A stretch of DNA of 64,000 bases from the NCBI RefSeq assembly GCF_009914755.1, contig NC_060936.1, one strand, 5' to 3'. Positions within the stretch are counted from its first letter, which is position 1; the number at the start of each line of letters is the position of its first letter. The notes under the pieces were generated by a model. It did no database searches and was not told the origin of the DNA. It was given only the letters and a program-made list of their open reading frames with translations. This stretch comes from the human T2T-CHM13v2.0 reference genome, Homo sapiens. Position numbers and translations under genes: made by a program. Shown here piece after piece: positions 26,487 through 39,924 of this stretch.

Positions 26487-27928
26487 GTACACTTCCATTA
26501 CTGTTGTATTAGTGAATATTTGTACAAATTGTCAAGGGAAGGGTAGCTAAATTATTGAAATACATTATTATATCTGCTGCAAGTAGTAAAATGATTTTCT
26601 TATATTTTTATTTTCCCACTTTGTAATGCTTTTATCTTATAGTACCTATTTGCTTTTTCTTGTAAGTTCAAGTTGCTATTGATAATAAATTTTGATCTCT
26701 TTATAAATATCATTAATTGATAAATGATATTCTCTTATAATTGGCATTTTTCATTCTATAAATTTATCATGCTCTTCTAGGACAAATGAGTGGCACGTTT
26801 GAATCAAACTGCTCATGATATTATTAACTTGATAAGGTCATACATACAATTCAGAGTGAACTCTATCTTGCAAGCTAGAAATGTATTTTTCAAATAAAGA
26901 TATTTCCAACAAGAATTTATAGAGATATTAGAATACAGTTTACAATTTTTGAAAATAACTTGGCTATTAAGCTATTCTCCTAATTATTTATCTAAAATGA
27001 TTAATAAATGTTGAGCATCAAGATAGTGGCATATTCTCTGTAAAGTATATGGACTGCAATGATTCCATGCTTCCAAACTAGTACATATTTATCCCCTAAA
27101 GAACAGCCAGATTAGGGGATATGGTTAATATTTTATTGTGAAATTTGAAATGTTTAATCAGAACTTCAGGCCGACTAGGTGAAATATTGAAATGAAATTA
27201 TCCCTGTAGACAAGAGATCTCCTCAAAAAAGAATGGCACAATACAATGGCCAACAAAGACCTAAAAGAACAGCTTCCAAAAGCACTCATTATAAATCTTT
27301 TTCCATAAAGAGTTATTTTTATTTTCTCCTTATGATATCACATATCTAATCAGCTCTCAAAACTTAGAAGGTAGCTCCTCAAAAGAGGGACATAAGTAAA
27401 AATAATCTAACTTAATTTCTTTTCCTAGAAGAAAAAAAGGTTTTAAAAGAGATTACTCTTCCTGGACAAGGCCTGATGCTCAGTATTAGAAACCTCGTTA
27501 CAAATGATGAAGTACGAATTATGGATCAGTGTCTTATGAGAAGCTTTCTAACATCTGCTAAACAAGAATATGCTGTCACTCAAATAATTCAACTTATTTT
27601 ATCTATTTGAGATATCTTCCCAAACAAGGTGACCCAATCCTTCCAATAACTTCCACAGTAATCCTGTTGGACAACAGATCTCAGTTCTTAGGGTTCATTT
27701 CCCTTATTTTCTGGGCCTCTGCCCAGTGCCTGTTACAATACTCACATGATTTCTCCTATTTTCTTTCACTGCTACCTTTGAGGACTGTATACCTATTTTC
27801 TAATGATCTAAGAAGTTTGGGATTATGTCCTTCCCTTCACAGTACTGTCTGGATTCTGAGAAGAATTTTCTCTTCTGTCACATGAAATTTTAACCCAGGA
27901 CCTTATTATTTGCTTGATTATGTCTTAA

Positions 27929-28372
<444 letters not shown>

Positions 28373-28895
28373 TAATTTTGATGATTTATTGCTTCTGTCT
28401 ACCACATCCAGTAGTTTATTGACCTATTAACTCAACTCTGTTTTCGGATTTCAGTAAAAATTAGATCTTCAGAAAAAAGATGGTCCACACATGTATTTGT
28501 TATTTTTGTCAACTTCCTTCCTCCAATTATATATTCATGAATAGACCTGTTAATAATTTTTTTCATGCTATTTGCTTAGTTACCATGCCAATATGTTTCT
28601 TAAAAAGAAAATCATTTTTCTCTCATAATCCATATACATGTAGACATAAATATATTATGAATACATAAACAGTAATTTTGCCAATATTTAAAATTGTTTT
28701 ATGAAAGAGACACTCAAAATGATGTACGAAGGATGAGCTATAATTTACTAGAATAAATTTAATAAACTAATGGTCAAATGGACAGACAATGGGATTATTC
28801 AATTTAATAATCACAGTGGTTGTGATAGGAAAGAAAAAACTGTAGTGATTTTTAACAACATTGGTAGATTAATACACACGTTGATAGATTGTGTA

Positions 28896-29170
28896 TGTAT
28901 TAGTCTGTTCTCATGCTGCTATGAAGAAATAGCTGAGACTGGGTAATTTATAAAGGAGAGAGGCTTATTGACTTACAGTTCTGCATGGCTGGGAAGGGTC
29001 TGGAAACTTAACATCATGGCAGAAGGGAAAGCAGACACGTCCTTCTTCACATGGCAGCAGCAAGGAGATGTGCTGAGCAAAAGGGTTTTAGGAAAAGCCC
29101 CTTATAAAACCATCAGATCTCATGAGAAATTCACTCACTATCACGAGAACAGCAATATTATATAGCATGG
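28896..29170 (-). mobile_element. THE1 LTR (THE1C-like), missing its 5' ~100 bp
   Basis: tgtattagtctgttctcatgctgct...ccttataaaaccatcagatctcatgaga. Confidence 0.9.
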
Positions 29171-29349
29171 ATAAAGTATTTAAAAACACTCATAAGTTTG
29201 ATTTCACAAATTCACCTTCAGTTTCTTTTTCTTACTAGCTATAATCTTGGTAGAGCTGCTTCTCCTGTAACACTAGAGGGCAAAATTTACATTCTATTGA
29301 ATATTATATTTTTTCGAATGTAAACAATGGCTTCCAGGCACTGTAAATA

Positions 29350-29532
29350 ACTAATACTTACCAGCTCTTTGTGTTAGTATTCTTATCTGTAAAGTGGATA
29401 TAATCATAACATGTATCTTGTGGGAGTTCTTTGAGGATTACATGAGATAATATAAGTAAAGTGTTTATTAAAATGCCTAGAATAAAATATGTGCTTACTC
29501 ATTCAGTGCTATTAGTAAATGCTGCTATTATT
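29350..29532 (+). mobile_element. MIR 3' half
   Basis: cttatctgtaaagtggatataat...tgaggattacatgagataatataagtaaagtg. Confidence 0.75.
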
Positions 29533-29927
29533 CCCAATGATTAGCCATGTACTTGTCATGGGCATGACAGTAAAATAAATATAGGCTATCAAGTTCAACA
29601 CTTTCCTGTTTTTCTCCATATCTTCTCCAGCATTTTTCATTATTTTTATGTATTCCAAGATTTTATAAGAAAAATCTTTCTCTGAATTTCCAATTTATAC
29701 CGGACAGAAAGAGTGTGTCTAAAATCATTTACAGATATCATTTTCGGTGTATTACAAACCACTTTCCTGTACCCTATGTAACTTTTGTGTTATTTATCCC
29801 TGCCATGAATAGACTAGGTTGTGGCAACATTCTTTGGTATGTGAAATACTTGGGACTATCTAATCCCTTAACCTATTTAAAATTGCTTCATGAAAGAGAT
29901 GCTTGAAACAATATGGAATCATTTGAC

Positions 29928-29966
29928 ATGTGTGCATGCACACACACACAGATACACATACATACA
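29928..29966. repeat. Imperfect TG/CA microsatellite
   Basis: atgtgtgcatgcacacacacacagatacacatacataca. Confidence 0.7.
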
Positions 29967-31041
29967 TTTACTTTGAAGCACTTTTAACCAAAAATAACAG
30001 AAAATGATATATAAGAATTAGCAGAAGGTTCATATGAGGTGAAAATGGTCCACATTACCAATACTACATATTTACTAATTTGTAATTTACCTAAATTAGG
30101 CTGGTATTACACTTGCTAAAATTTTAAATTAGTGCCAAGATTTTGGATAGCTTACCAATACTGCAAAAAGTAATTGAATCTTCATCATACAACTTCAGCT
30201 AAATGCTATTTATCTAGTTCTTGATTACTCTTGAAACTGGTCCAGTTTTGAGCCAAATTTATGGATATAATATAAATACATTTGGTGGATAAAATAGGAA
30301 AGGACACTCATATTTGTTAAGTTTTTAACATTACTATATTTCTCAACTATATCTATTTAAGTAATTCCGGAAAATTAAGAAGTATGTTTTCTGTCTATAA
30401 TCCATATTGTGTAGACAATACATACCTATGCATAGAATAATTTTTTTTGTTATTGTGCTTTGTCATGCTCAGAAAAATCAGAACTACCTCTACTGTATTC
30501 ACACAGTCTCAGAAAAGAGAATAATTTAGCCGTTTGGATATTTAGGCATTAATTTTTATTACATACAGTAATAAGGTAATGCAATTTTGCAATTCATTAA
30601 CGCAATGTAATTTTCATTAATTATTGATGTCACTTTTCTTATTCACACTCAACTATAAAAACTTGAATTTAATTGCTCTGACAAAATATTGATTTAATAT
30701 ATTAAATGAGCAATAGCAAGTATTAATCAAGAGCACATTTTTCTGATCATTTTAATGGTGACTCCTTTTCATCTATGTTGCAGAGATGCTAGAAGTATTT
30801 AAAATTGGTTGCTGATACTAAATTCTTAAAATATTCCTTCAATATAACCAAGATAGCTTTAGCAAACTCTCTTGAAGTTTTGCATCATTACTTAGAATAA
30901 AAAGGAAATAAGGAATCTTAATTTTACATTGGAAGTAAGAAAGTTAATGAACCATTTGCCTTTTCTAAATTGTACTGATAGTGTGAATTAAAACTAGTTT
31001 AATAGCCTGAGCAGAACATGTAGATACAGGGTCATAAAATC

Positions 31042-31114
31042 TGCACATGTACCCTGAAACTTAAAGTATAATAATAATAAAATAAAAAAATAAAAATAAT
31101 AAAATAAAAATAAA
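31042..31114 (+). mobile_element. Extremely 5'-truncated L1PA insertion (~30 nt of 3'UTR plus A-rich tail)
   Basis: tgcacatgtaccctgaaacttaaagtataataataataaaa...; candidate TSD AAAATC at 31036-41 and 31115-20. Confidence 0.85.
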
Positions 31115-33019
31115 AAAATCCTATAGCCCACTAGAACTCGTCATTGGATAAAGAAACTGGAGTTTACAAATCCGGGTAGTGATTTTTTTAAATGAGCATG
31201 TAATACTATTGTTGTTATATTACAAATCCAAAATATCAAAATATATATGGAGTTCTTGACCTCATGCTAGGTCTTCCAATCAATTTAAGAACTCTCAGAA
31301 CCATGGATATAATAGGCCTATCACATTTCTATAGAGTAATTATTAAAACTATTAATAATTTTAGATACCAAAATCACGTTTTAAATTATTTTAATAAAGT
31401 TTTCAACAAATTTGAGAATATTGAGTCCAACAATGCTATTTTTTCAAACACACCAAAAATATAAACTTCCTAATAAGTTAAATCTGTTTTTTTCTCACAT
31501 AGTATGTGCTGTCAAAATAATAAAATATGAAAATAAACAAAGAAAAAATAGAACTTTGTGACAAATTATTCATGTTTTGACTAATTCTGCTCTGGAATGA
31601 CTCCATATTGAAAAAGCAAATAGCAAATACCTAAAGTTGAAAATCAGCATGAATATGTGATGCAATAAATCAATACTTATGAAATAAGGGAGATGCAATT
31701 TTTTTATTTGCATAAGCAGTATTTGGCAAAAAAAACCTCAGTTCTCTCAGTCCTGATAGTTTGATCCCAAAGTTATAATTAATAAACCAGTATTTTCATC
31801 TAAAAATTACAAAGTCTAGAAGCAAACAGATTTACATGAATGCATATTCCAAAGTGCTATTCTAAATTATCAGTTTTTTTTTCTGTTATACAATCCAATA
31901 TGCTACTGAAAACAAAACATGAGATATAGCTGATTGAAAAAAAATCATCTTTCTTTTTTTTGGCAACAGACTTTATTCTTGAATCTTAAAGACTTAGGAA
32001 AGAAGAAAATGAGGCAAATAAATGAGGTTATATGTCAAGATTTTTTCTCAGAACTGCAAAGTCCCTACAGAATAACTGGACACCTAAACATAATAGTATC
32101 ACCACTAACATCTTTATTAAAACTGAATGGCATTCTGTTATTCTGAAAAATGGGATACTACCAAAATTCAATTCTATCTGCTATACTAAACAGAGAAACC
32201 ATTTATAAGATATAACGAAACAAGAATCTCTTTAAAAATACATGAAGGACAAATGTGTTTTCCTTATGAGCTTCACAAATTTGATGCACATTCTAATTTC
32301 TTTCTCTTGTAGCTTCCAGGGTTCCATTGATCTTGTGGCGTGGGAGGACTGTTTCGGTGTAAGTCTATTACCAGGAGCTATATGACAACATTAATTAAGT
32401 TGTGTTTTGGGAAAATGAAAGCAAGCAAGATGCACATTTGCCTTTCTGCCAATAAACACTTAAGTACAGCAATGTGCAGGAATTCCTGGCACATTAATCA
32501 ACTTGATCTTTTTCCTTCTTCTTTTGTTGTATCTTTCCTTTCTTTTTGACTTTCTTCCTTCCTTTCTTCTTTAATTTTTAGTGATAGTTTGTACTTTTAT
32601 AATACAATTGATAGAAGGAAGAGCTATTCAACATGAATGCCCTACAATCTCACATTTACAGAGGAGTTTAAGGAAGAATACATGCAATAAAATTGGGCTT
32701 CAGGAGCCACTGGGGCCTATGAACAGCTATCCTTAATAATTTGTCTTTGTTCTACATATGTGGTATTTTGTTTGTGTTTTGTTGGGAGGAAAAAAGCTGT
32801 TCTTCACATACACCACTGTTATTATATGAAAGATTATTTAGAGCCACTATTCTGAGAAGGTGATCTCTCATTCCATGATTGGCTGTCTGTCTTCTATTCT
32901 CACCCTTATTCCAAATGAGCTTTAACTTCATTTTATAAGTTGCCTTTCTTCAGTAACATCTCTCACAATGATTTTTTTTAATCAGTAAGTTCACAGGATT
33001 TTAGGAAACTGTATCTGTG

Positions 33020-33450
33020 CAATAGGTACAAAGAGTTAGGTCTAAACTCTTTTCATGTGCTGGCTAAGTCCTCAGCAACCTCTCCAATCTTTTGTCCAGC
33101 CCTTCCTCCACACCAAACTGTTTATAGGCTGTGCTGTTTCCCTGTGATATTCGTTTTGATTTATTGTTCTCTTCACCACCTTCCATCCCCAACTTTTTTA
33201 AGGATTCTCACTTATTTTCAAGATCCATCACAGGTATTTCCCTTTCTCAGCCATCTTAGCCTCTCTCAAGTGAACTAAAGTTTCCTTTTATATTTTTGCC
33301 ATTATATTTTGTTAATGTCAGCATCACAGGACCTGTCACATTTTATTTTTTCAATTATTTATGTATGGCCTCTGGTTGCACTGTAAGTTCCATGAATATA
33401 GGAGCTGTTTCCTGTTCATTCATTTTTTACAGTAGTGTTTATTATGCTTT
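33020..33450 (+). mobile_element. L2 3' region
   Basis: gcactgtaagttccatgaatataggagctgtttcctgttcattcatt plus an upstream pyrimidine-rich L2 body. Confidence 0.6.
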
Positions 33451-33549
33451 TTATGGCTCTTACCAAAGAATACATATAACAAATTATCTTCCTATATTTC
33501 CTTTCACCTCCCCTTCCCAGAACTATCAAAGTGAATAACAGATATGTGT

Positions 33550-33682
33550 TGTCACATGATTATCAAGAAATATTTAGGCAGTGCCTACTGTGTGTCAGGG
33601 TAAATACTGCTTTTGGTGATATTCATACAGCAGTTAACAAAACAGAATCTCTGTCCTCTAAAAACCTCCAATTTAGTGGGAT
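33550..33682 (-). mobile_element. L2 3' end fragment
   Basis: aaatatttaggcagtgcctactgtgtgtcagg...aacaaaacagaatctctgtcctc. Confidence 0.7.
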
Positions 33683-33859
33683 AATTATGCTATGCTTGAG
33701 GATATTTCATTATTAAATCGAGTAAAAAACAGTTTTTGCAATATCAAGTGTACTCAATATTAAAATTCTGAATAACAGCATAACTAGTGGAGCATAATTT
33801 GAAGAGAATACGAAATAATTCCACATTGATAAATCTAATGTCACAAATAAAATGTTTTA

Positions 33860-34430
33860 ATCACCAAAACCAATTGAGTTATCTTTTTTTGTTTTATATT
33901 AATTTGTTCCAAATAATGTTATGCTTTGTTTACTTCTTATTGGGATTATGGCTTTCTAGTATAGCAGTTTATTTTTCCTGGAATTGTTAATTGTCTTTGA
34001 TTTTGCTTTGTTTCTTAATTGTTGATATAACAAAAACAATTATCTCCAACATATCACTCAGTTGACTTACTGCTCATTGATAGTAATTGTTAAAATAACA
34101 ATTTGAGACAAACTTCTTCCGCTTCAAGAAGGCAATAAATCAGAGATTTTTGTTAATTGCTTTGAGTTTTATTGATTGTAGTTTATTGATTATGTAACTT
34201 ATTTTGGGGTTTTGCTAAAGTATACCTGCAAATAATACTTTAAGAGAGTACAGAGTTCCTTTATCTTGTATTCTGAATATGTTGTTGTTTTGCTCATACT
34301 TGGTTGATAGTTAGGCTGGCAATGGAATTCAAAGTTCAAAGCAGTTTTCAATTAAGACACTGAAAATATTTCAGCATTCTCTTTAAATATTTAGTTTTGT
34401 ATGTGTGGGGGGGAATCTATTATTGTTTTG
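33860..34430 (-). mobile_element. Old L1M fragment (ORF1/ORF2 region, antisense)
   Basis: gatagttaggctggcaatggaattcaaagtt...acactgaaaatatt resembles antisense L1M ORF1. Confidence 0.55.
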
Positions 34431-35534
34431 TACCATATATGCCTACATTTTAACTAAGTCCTTACATGCTCTTAATTTTATTAAATAAAGAATCGTATAT
34501 CTCATTCTTTTTTTTCTTATAGTACTGGTCACAATATTTCTACTGTATAGATGCTCAAAAACCATTGTTATTGATAAGGAAGATGATTATAATAATATGT
34601 ATGATTCATAATAATTTTAAGAAAAAAACACAAACCTGTTATCCAATCTCTTTCCTATTTTAAAAATTGTATCCATTCAGAAACCTGGAAGTCATTATAC
34701 ATCTTGATCTCACATATAAGCATTCATTTAATTTTTAATATTTATTATCTTCTGTGTTCTAGAAGCAATTCTATTGACTAGAAATAAAGCAGTGAACTCT
34801 TTACTCCAAGTAGAGGGAATAACTGAAGTAAGTTACCTCACTGAGCTAACTTATCTCACTGAGCTTATTTTCCAGTATTCTAACAATAATAACACTAAAA
34901 TATCCTGAATTATATACTTCTCTGCATTTCCATAGCCATTGTTATCTCTTACTAGTACTACTACAATAGGCTTCCTACATATTACCTCTAATATCCAGCT
35001 CCAACAATCCTCAGATCTCACTATAACCTGCAACCCATCAATTTTACCATCTTCTCACTAATCCTTTTCAATCTCTCCACTTGCAATATTCGTATTTCTC
35101 CTTACTTTGCTTAATTTCCATGGTACACATTGTCATCAATGCCTAGCACATAGGCTCCCACTATCAAACTCTCAGCTAAAACCCAATCATAGTTCACATT
35201 CATCTCTTCATCAGTTCAGCTCCTGGATCCATGCAGCTGAGCATGGCTGGAAAAAAACATATAACTACTTGTTGCCACACTCATTTTCTTTTTCTGCCTC
35301 TCATATATGTTAACCAAGTTCTTTTCAGTTTGGGACTTTTGTCTAGCCCTGGAGTCTCCTTCACTTTTCTTAGGATTCACTGCCCCACATTCTCTAGCTC
35401 TCAGTTCAAATACCAGTCTCTGTGCAGTTCCACCCTAACTGAAATTTTTAAACAGAATATGCATATTTAAATTTATGTCTGTGTATTTTATTTCATATAA
35501 TCATTTTTATACAGCATCCTGATCTTTGTATTTC

Positions 35535-35918
35535 ACAAAATAAAACACATAGGATTATACAGGAAACAAATTTTGTTAAAATTGTGCCATTACAGTATTT
35601 AAAATTTTTTTTTGATTTGGTAATGTACTTCTTTATTAAGGCCTTTAATAGGAAGAACTAATATTTGCCATAATTTTTCTATAATGATAGGACTAAATAA
35701 TAATTTGAGATATCTATAACAACACTAATGTAATACAAGATATCTGTGACTTCTATTGGTGAAGTATTCATAGGAAATGCTGTTACTATTAAAGTTATTC
35801 ATAATTGAAAAGCTGAATTTCAGTTAGAGGTTTTTGAAAATAAATATATAATTTTTCTTAATCTAAGTTCATAGTTTTCATAAATTTTAGAGTCTATGGA
35901 CCCATGTTAAGAACCATG
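35535..35918 (+). mobile_element. Charlie4a-like hAT element (5' end missing)
   Basis: aaaataaaacacataggatta...gagatatctataacaac...atttcagttagaggtt...tggacccatgttaagaacc. Confidence 0.8.
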
Positions 35919-36329
35919 ACTAGTCTAAATCCCTCATTTCATGAGTAATGCATTCTTTTGACAGTCTAATTGTTTGTCCATGTAAGTTAGGTGGGTGAAG
36001 GAAGGATTGGACTGAATGCTGACTCTCCCAACCCTTATTCCAGTGCTGACGGGCAAAGTACAGTGCCCAAAATAAGTGAAACACCAGGTTTGGGAGGAAA
36101 CTCACAATAGATACGGCTGGCAAACATCATGAAGTTTATTTTGATGTAGCAGTGATATGGTAGGTCTTTCGAATTTCAAGTACTGCGTATGAAATTAAGG
36201 ATCAACATATTTGTACCTGACCCCACCACTGTTAACATCCATCCCCTTCTTTTTATTTATATCCTTGAGCCACTAATCATTAACTAAAAAAAAAGAACAA
36301 AACAAAAACAAAAAACTTTAGTACTTTTA

Positions 36330-36514
36330 AAACATATTTACTTTGTCTTTTGCTAACACTTTTACTATTTAGTCTACTAGACTGCAGGCTTCATAAAAAC
36401 TGAGACTTTCCATGGCCCTCAAAGCACTGTAGTCCTTGTGCAAATTGTATTACCTGGCACATAGTAGGTGCCAAATTGTATTTGTTGAATGAATGAATGA
36501 ATGAATGAATGAAT
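36330..36514 (+). mobile_element. L2a 3' end with an expanded (TGAA)n tail
   Basis: cctggcacatagtaggtgcc...tttgttgaatgaatgaatgaatgaatgaatgaat. Confidence 0.85.
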
Positions 36515-37464
36515 TTACTAAATAATAAAATACGTGTTATAGAATATGTCTGTTTGTACTAAAACATTTTTAAATTTGAATACAATATAGAGTGACATAT
36601 CAATCAGTGAAGTTCAAGATTTCTTACTTGCTAGCTAATAAGAGGGTAATACAAAAATTACAAACTAGCATAAAGCCTACTAATGCATAAATATGGTAAT
36701 ATAATTATTATTCTTAATTATAAAAGTATGAAGAATCATGAGTATTCAAAATCATATGAAGAATAATTTAATAATTTCTTGATGAAACTCTATAAGGAAG
36801 TATTCTTATTTTATACTTGCATTTAGAAAAGTGTAAGTATAGAATATTAGGCCTATGCATGATTGAAAAAGCAAACTTTTCGTTTTTTAGAGTAAGTTTG
36901 CCTTGGAAAAACTTATCTATTTACATACAAGTAGCTAGTAGCTAGAATCCTCCAAGGAAATCTTCAAATCTTCGAGTAGGTAGGTGGAAGATGCAATGTT
37001 TAAAACGAAAAGAGACATTAGGAAAGCAGGTAGGAGGAATGAGTGAAATGATGTAGGCTGAAGCAAAAGCACAGCAGTGGGTTACAAAGATATTTGACCT
37101 TGATGTGGGCAGTAAGTAGAAGGCAGTGAAAAATGTGTAATAAGAATAACAATGAGAGATACCTGGAAGAAAACTGAGATTTAAAAGATCTTCACGGTAG
37201 GTCCAGGAAAGCCAAATGCACATTATGAAACAGCAGTAGGCCTGTTCACAGCTCATTGAGGGGTAGTGCACACCCGGTCACCTAAAAGTGGGCAAAAAAA
37301 ATGTGTTTGCCACTGTAATTTAAGGCAATCAGTTCATAGACCCCTTTTTGCATGATGGACACTTTATAACATATACAATTATTTGAGAAGAACAAAAAAA
37401 GGCACTACAGAATAAACACTCTTTCTTTTATTATTTCTTATTAAAGATTCCTCTTCATTCTAAT

Positions 37465-37680
37465 GAGAGCCAATAGAATGGTTAAAAGGACACACATTTA
37501 AATTAGACAGTCTAGGGTCCAGTTGTGGGTTTCCTACTACTTGCTGCGTAACATTATATAAGAACTTAATCTCCGTAAATCTCAGTTTTTGCTGGGATAA
37601 AATAAGTCAATGAATGAATAAACAGGGATTAGCACCAGTCTCAGCACACAGATTATGTGCCGCCATTAAGCATTTGGGTA
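37465..37680 (+). mobile_element. MIR
   Basis: gaatggttaaaaggacaca...ttagacagtctaggg...acttaatctccgtaaatctcagttt. Confidence 0.65.
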
Positions 37681-38924
37681 TTTTTTTTCTTTTATTTAAA
37701 TATATTTTTACCACAATAATGACTACAAAAGCACTGGGTATTAATATTGTTCTTATTGCTGCTATTGCCATTGCTTTTATGATGTATTAGGTCTAAATCT
37801 ATTTGATTTTATTTGTTAGAAATTTTTCACTCCATTTTGTTCATGTATGAGGACATTAATTTTTTATGTAATGCTGTTTTATTTCATAACTTGTATTTAC
37901 ATTAAAATGGCTAAATATATCTAAGCTTACCTGCAATTTATTAAATAATACAGAGGTTAAAATTGATTTACTCAAAATTTAGAAACAAAGAAAATACCGC
38001 TAACCACACAATAGTTCAGGCATACAAAATGATAGTTAAGCAATATTAGGTTGGCTTAATTCTCTCTACACTTCATCAGTTACTGGTAGTTTATTGCTAA
38101 TCACCATTATATTTCTAATATCTATAAAAAATAGATTACTTTCTGAGTCCTTAATGTTTCCAAGAAGTTCATAGGATTTCCAATAGGCAATTTCATATTT
38201 CAAAGAGGTAAATATACTAAAATAGATAATATCAAGTGTAGCATCAAAATAACTGATCTCATTTCAATAAAATGCCCTGCTGCTGCTCAGAAGAAAAAAA
38301 AACCTCCCAATTTCCAATTAATCTCACACAAGGCAATCGATACCTAGTCTATGTATTGTTATATATTTTGCGAAAGAGTAAGTAGTTTTTCTAAAAGATT
38401 GTATAAAGAATTTTGAAACCACAATTTAATTGTCTCACCTAAACTTTGCTGCTTGCAGTAAAGTATACTTTGGGACAGATTATTTGTATAAGTAATTTAC
38501 TTATTTATAACCCACCTTGTTCCAAAGAAAAAACTCTAAAATCAGGTTGAAATGAGCATAGTATTATTGATATTTACACTGATAGATGTTAATTTTTGTG
38601 CAAAATTATTACAACAATCGGTTTGAGAATAAGAGTAATAGGAAAGTGTTCCATAAGTGGTCGCACAATTATATGGTGATTGCTCTGGATACCATTTAGG
38701 GGCAGAAGAAAATGAATAAATGGGTGGATATTTATAAAAACAAACACAAGTAGAAGAAACCTACAGAAAGAAAAGTGTAAAATGTTTACCAACCTACTCA
38801 AGGCATTAGACTGTCCTGGTATACACTGAAAAAAAAAAAAAAAAAGAGAGGTTACTTTAATAAAGGATTTAATTTATTTAAATTGAATTTAAAAAATAAA
38901 ATGAGATTTTGAAAGTCTACATTA

Positions 38925-39418
38925 GGAATATGCACAAAAGCCTAAAAAACTCATGCCCAAATGTGTATATCAGCGTTACAGACAATAGCCTCAGATTGGA
39001 AGTAGCCCAAATGTCCATCAAGAGTAGAATGTATAAATGAATTGTAATTTATTTTTACAATGGAATATTATAAAGGAATGAGAATATTAAAACAATGCTC
39101 ATAACAATGTAATTTAATCTCAATGAAAATAATATTGAATGAAATAATTCAGGGCATGTCATATGAGGTGATTTAATAAAGTTTTAAAAATCTGCCCATG
39201 ACAACACACATGAAAAGTGTGCTGTTAGGTTACCCTAAGGGTGCAGGTAAATTAGCTGAAGAGCGATACCAGAGGACTTCCGGGATATTGGTCATGTTTT
39301 GTGTTTGATCTGGGTGTTGGTTACACAGACGTAGTAACTTTGTAAAAATTCATTAGACTGTACACTTTCAATTTGTGCACACTTCTGTCTGTGTTTAATT
39401 TTAAAAATGCTTAAAAAT
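38925..39418 (+). mobile_element. Old L1 3' end (L1ME-like)
   Basis: cccaaatgtccatcaagagtagaatg...ttgatctgggtgttggttacacag...gtaaaaattcattagactgtacact. Confidence 0.8.
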
Positions 39419-39646
39419 ACATAAGATTGTGTAAATTTTTTAATGGATCCCACTAAAACATCCAGTGTATAATATGCACTGTTGCCTTTGGAAAAGTTAG
39501 AATGTTCTAGACTTCTAAATGCATAGCCTCTTCAGAACACAGAGATCATATACTTCATCATTAGTTGACACTGTCAAGAAAAATTGACATTTTCAATGGA
39601 CTCCTCTCTGGAGATCATAGTATTGACAAGTCAAGTTACATTCTCC

Positions 39647-39924
39647 TTTTTTTGTTGTTGTTTCTGAGATGGAGTCTCCCTCTGTCACCCAGGCTTGAGT
39701 GCAGTGCTGTAATCTTGGATCACTGCAACTTCCGCCTCCTGGGTTCGAGCAATTCTCCTGCCTCAGCCTCCTGAGCAGCTGGGATTACAGGCACCTGCCA
39801 CCATGCCCTGCTAAATTTTGCATTTTTAGTAGAGACGGGGTTTCACTGTGTTCGCCAGGAGGTCTCAAACTCCTGATCTCAAGTGATCCGCCGGCCCCGG
39901 CCTCCCAAAGTGCTGCGCCCAGTT
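39647..39924 (-). mobile_element. Alu (AluSx/Sz-like) with a ~20-nt deletion near its 5' end
   Basis: Antisense Alu; aaagtgctg joins directly to cgcccag; tacattctc on both flanks. Confidence 0.95.

Noticed and set aside
29362-29386. 25-nt minus-strand exon from an antisense MIR
   Set aside because: Strong donor but a weak pyrimidine tract and very short; such sites are common in MIRs.
38829-38845. A17 tract as a retroposed tail
   Set aside because: No TSD and no attached element recognised.
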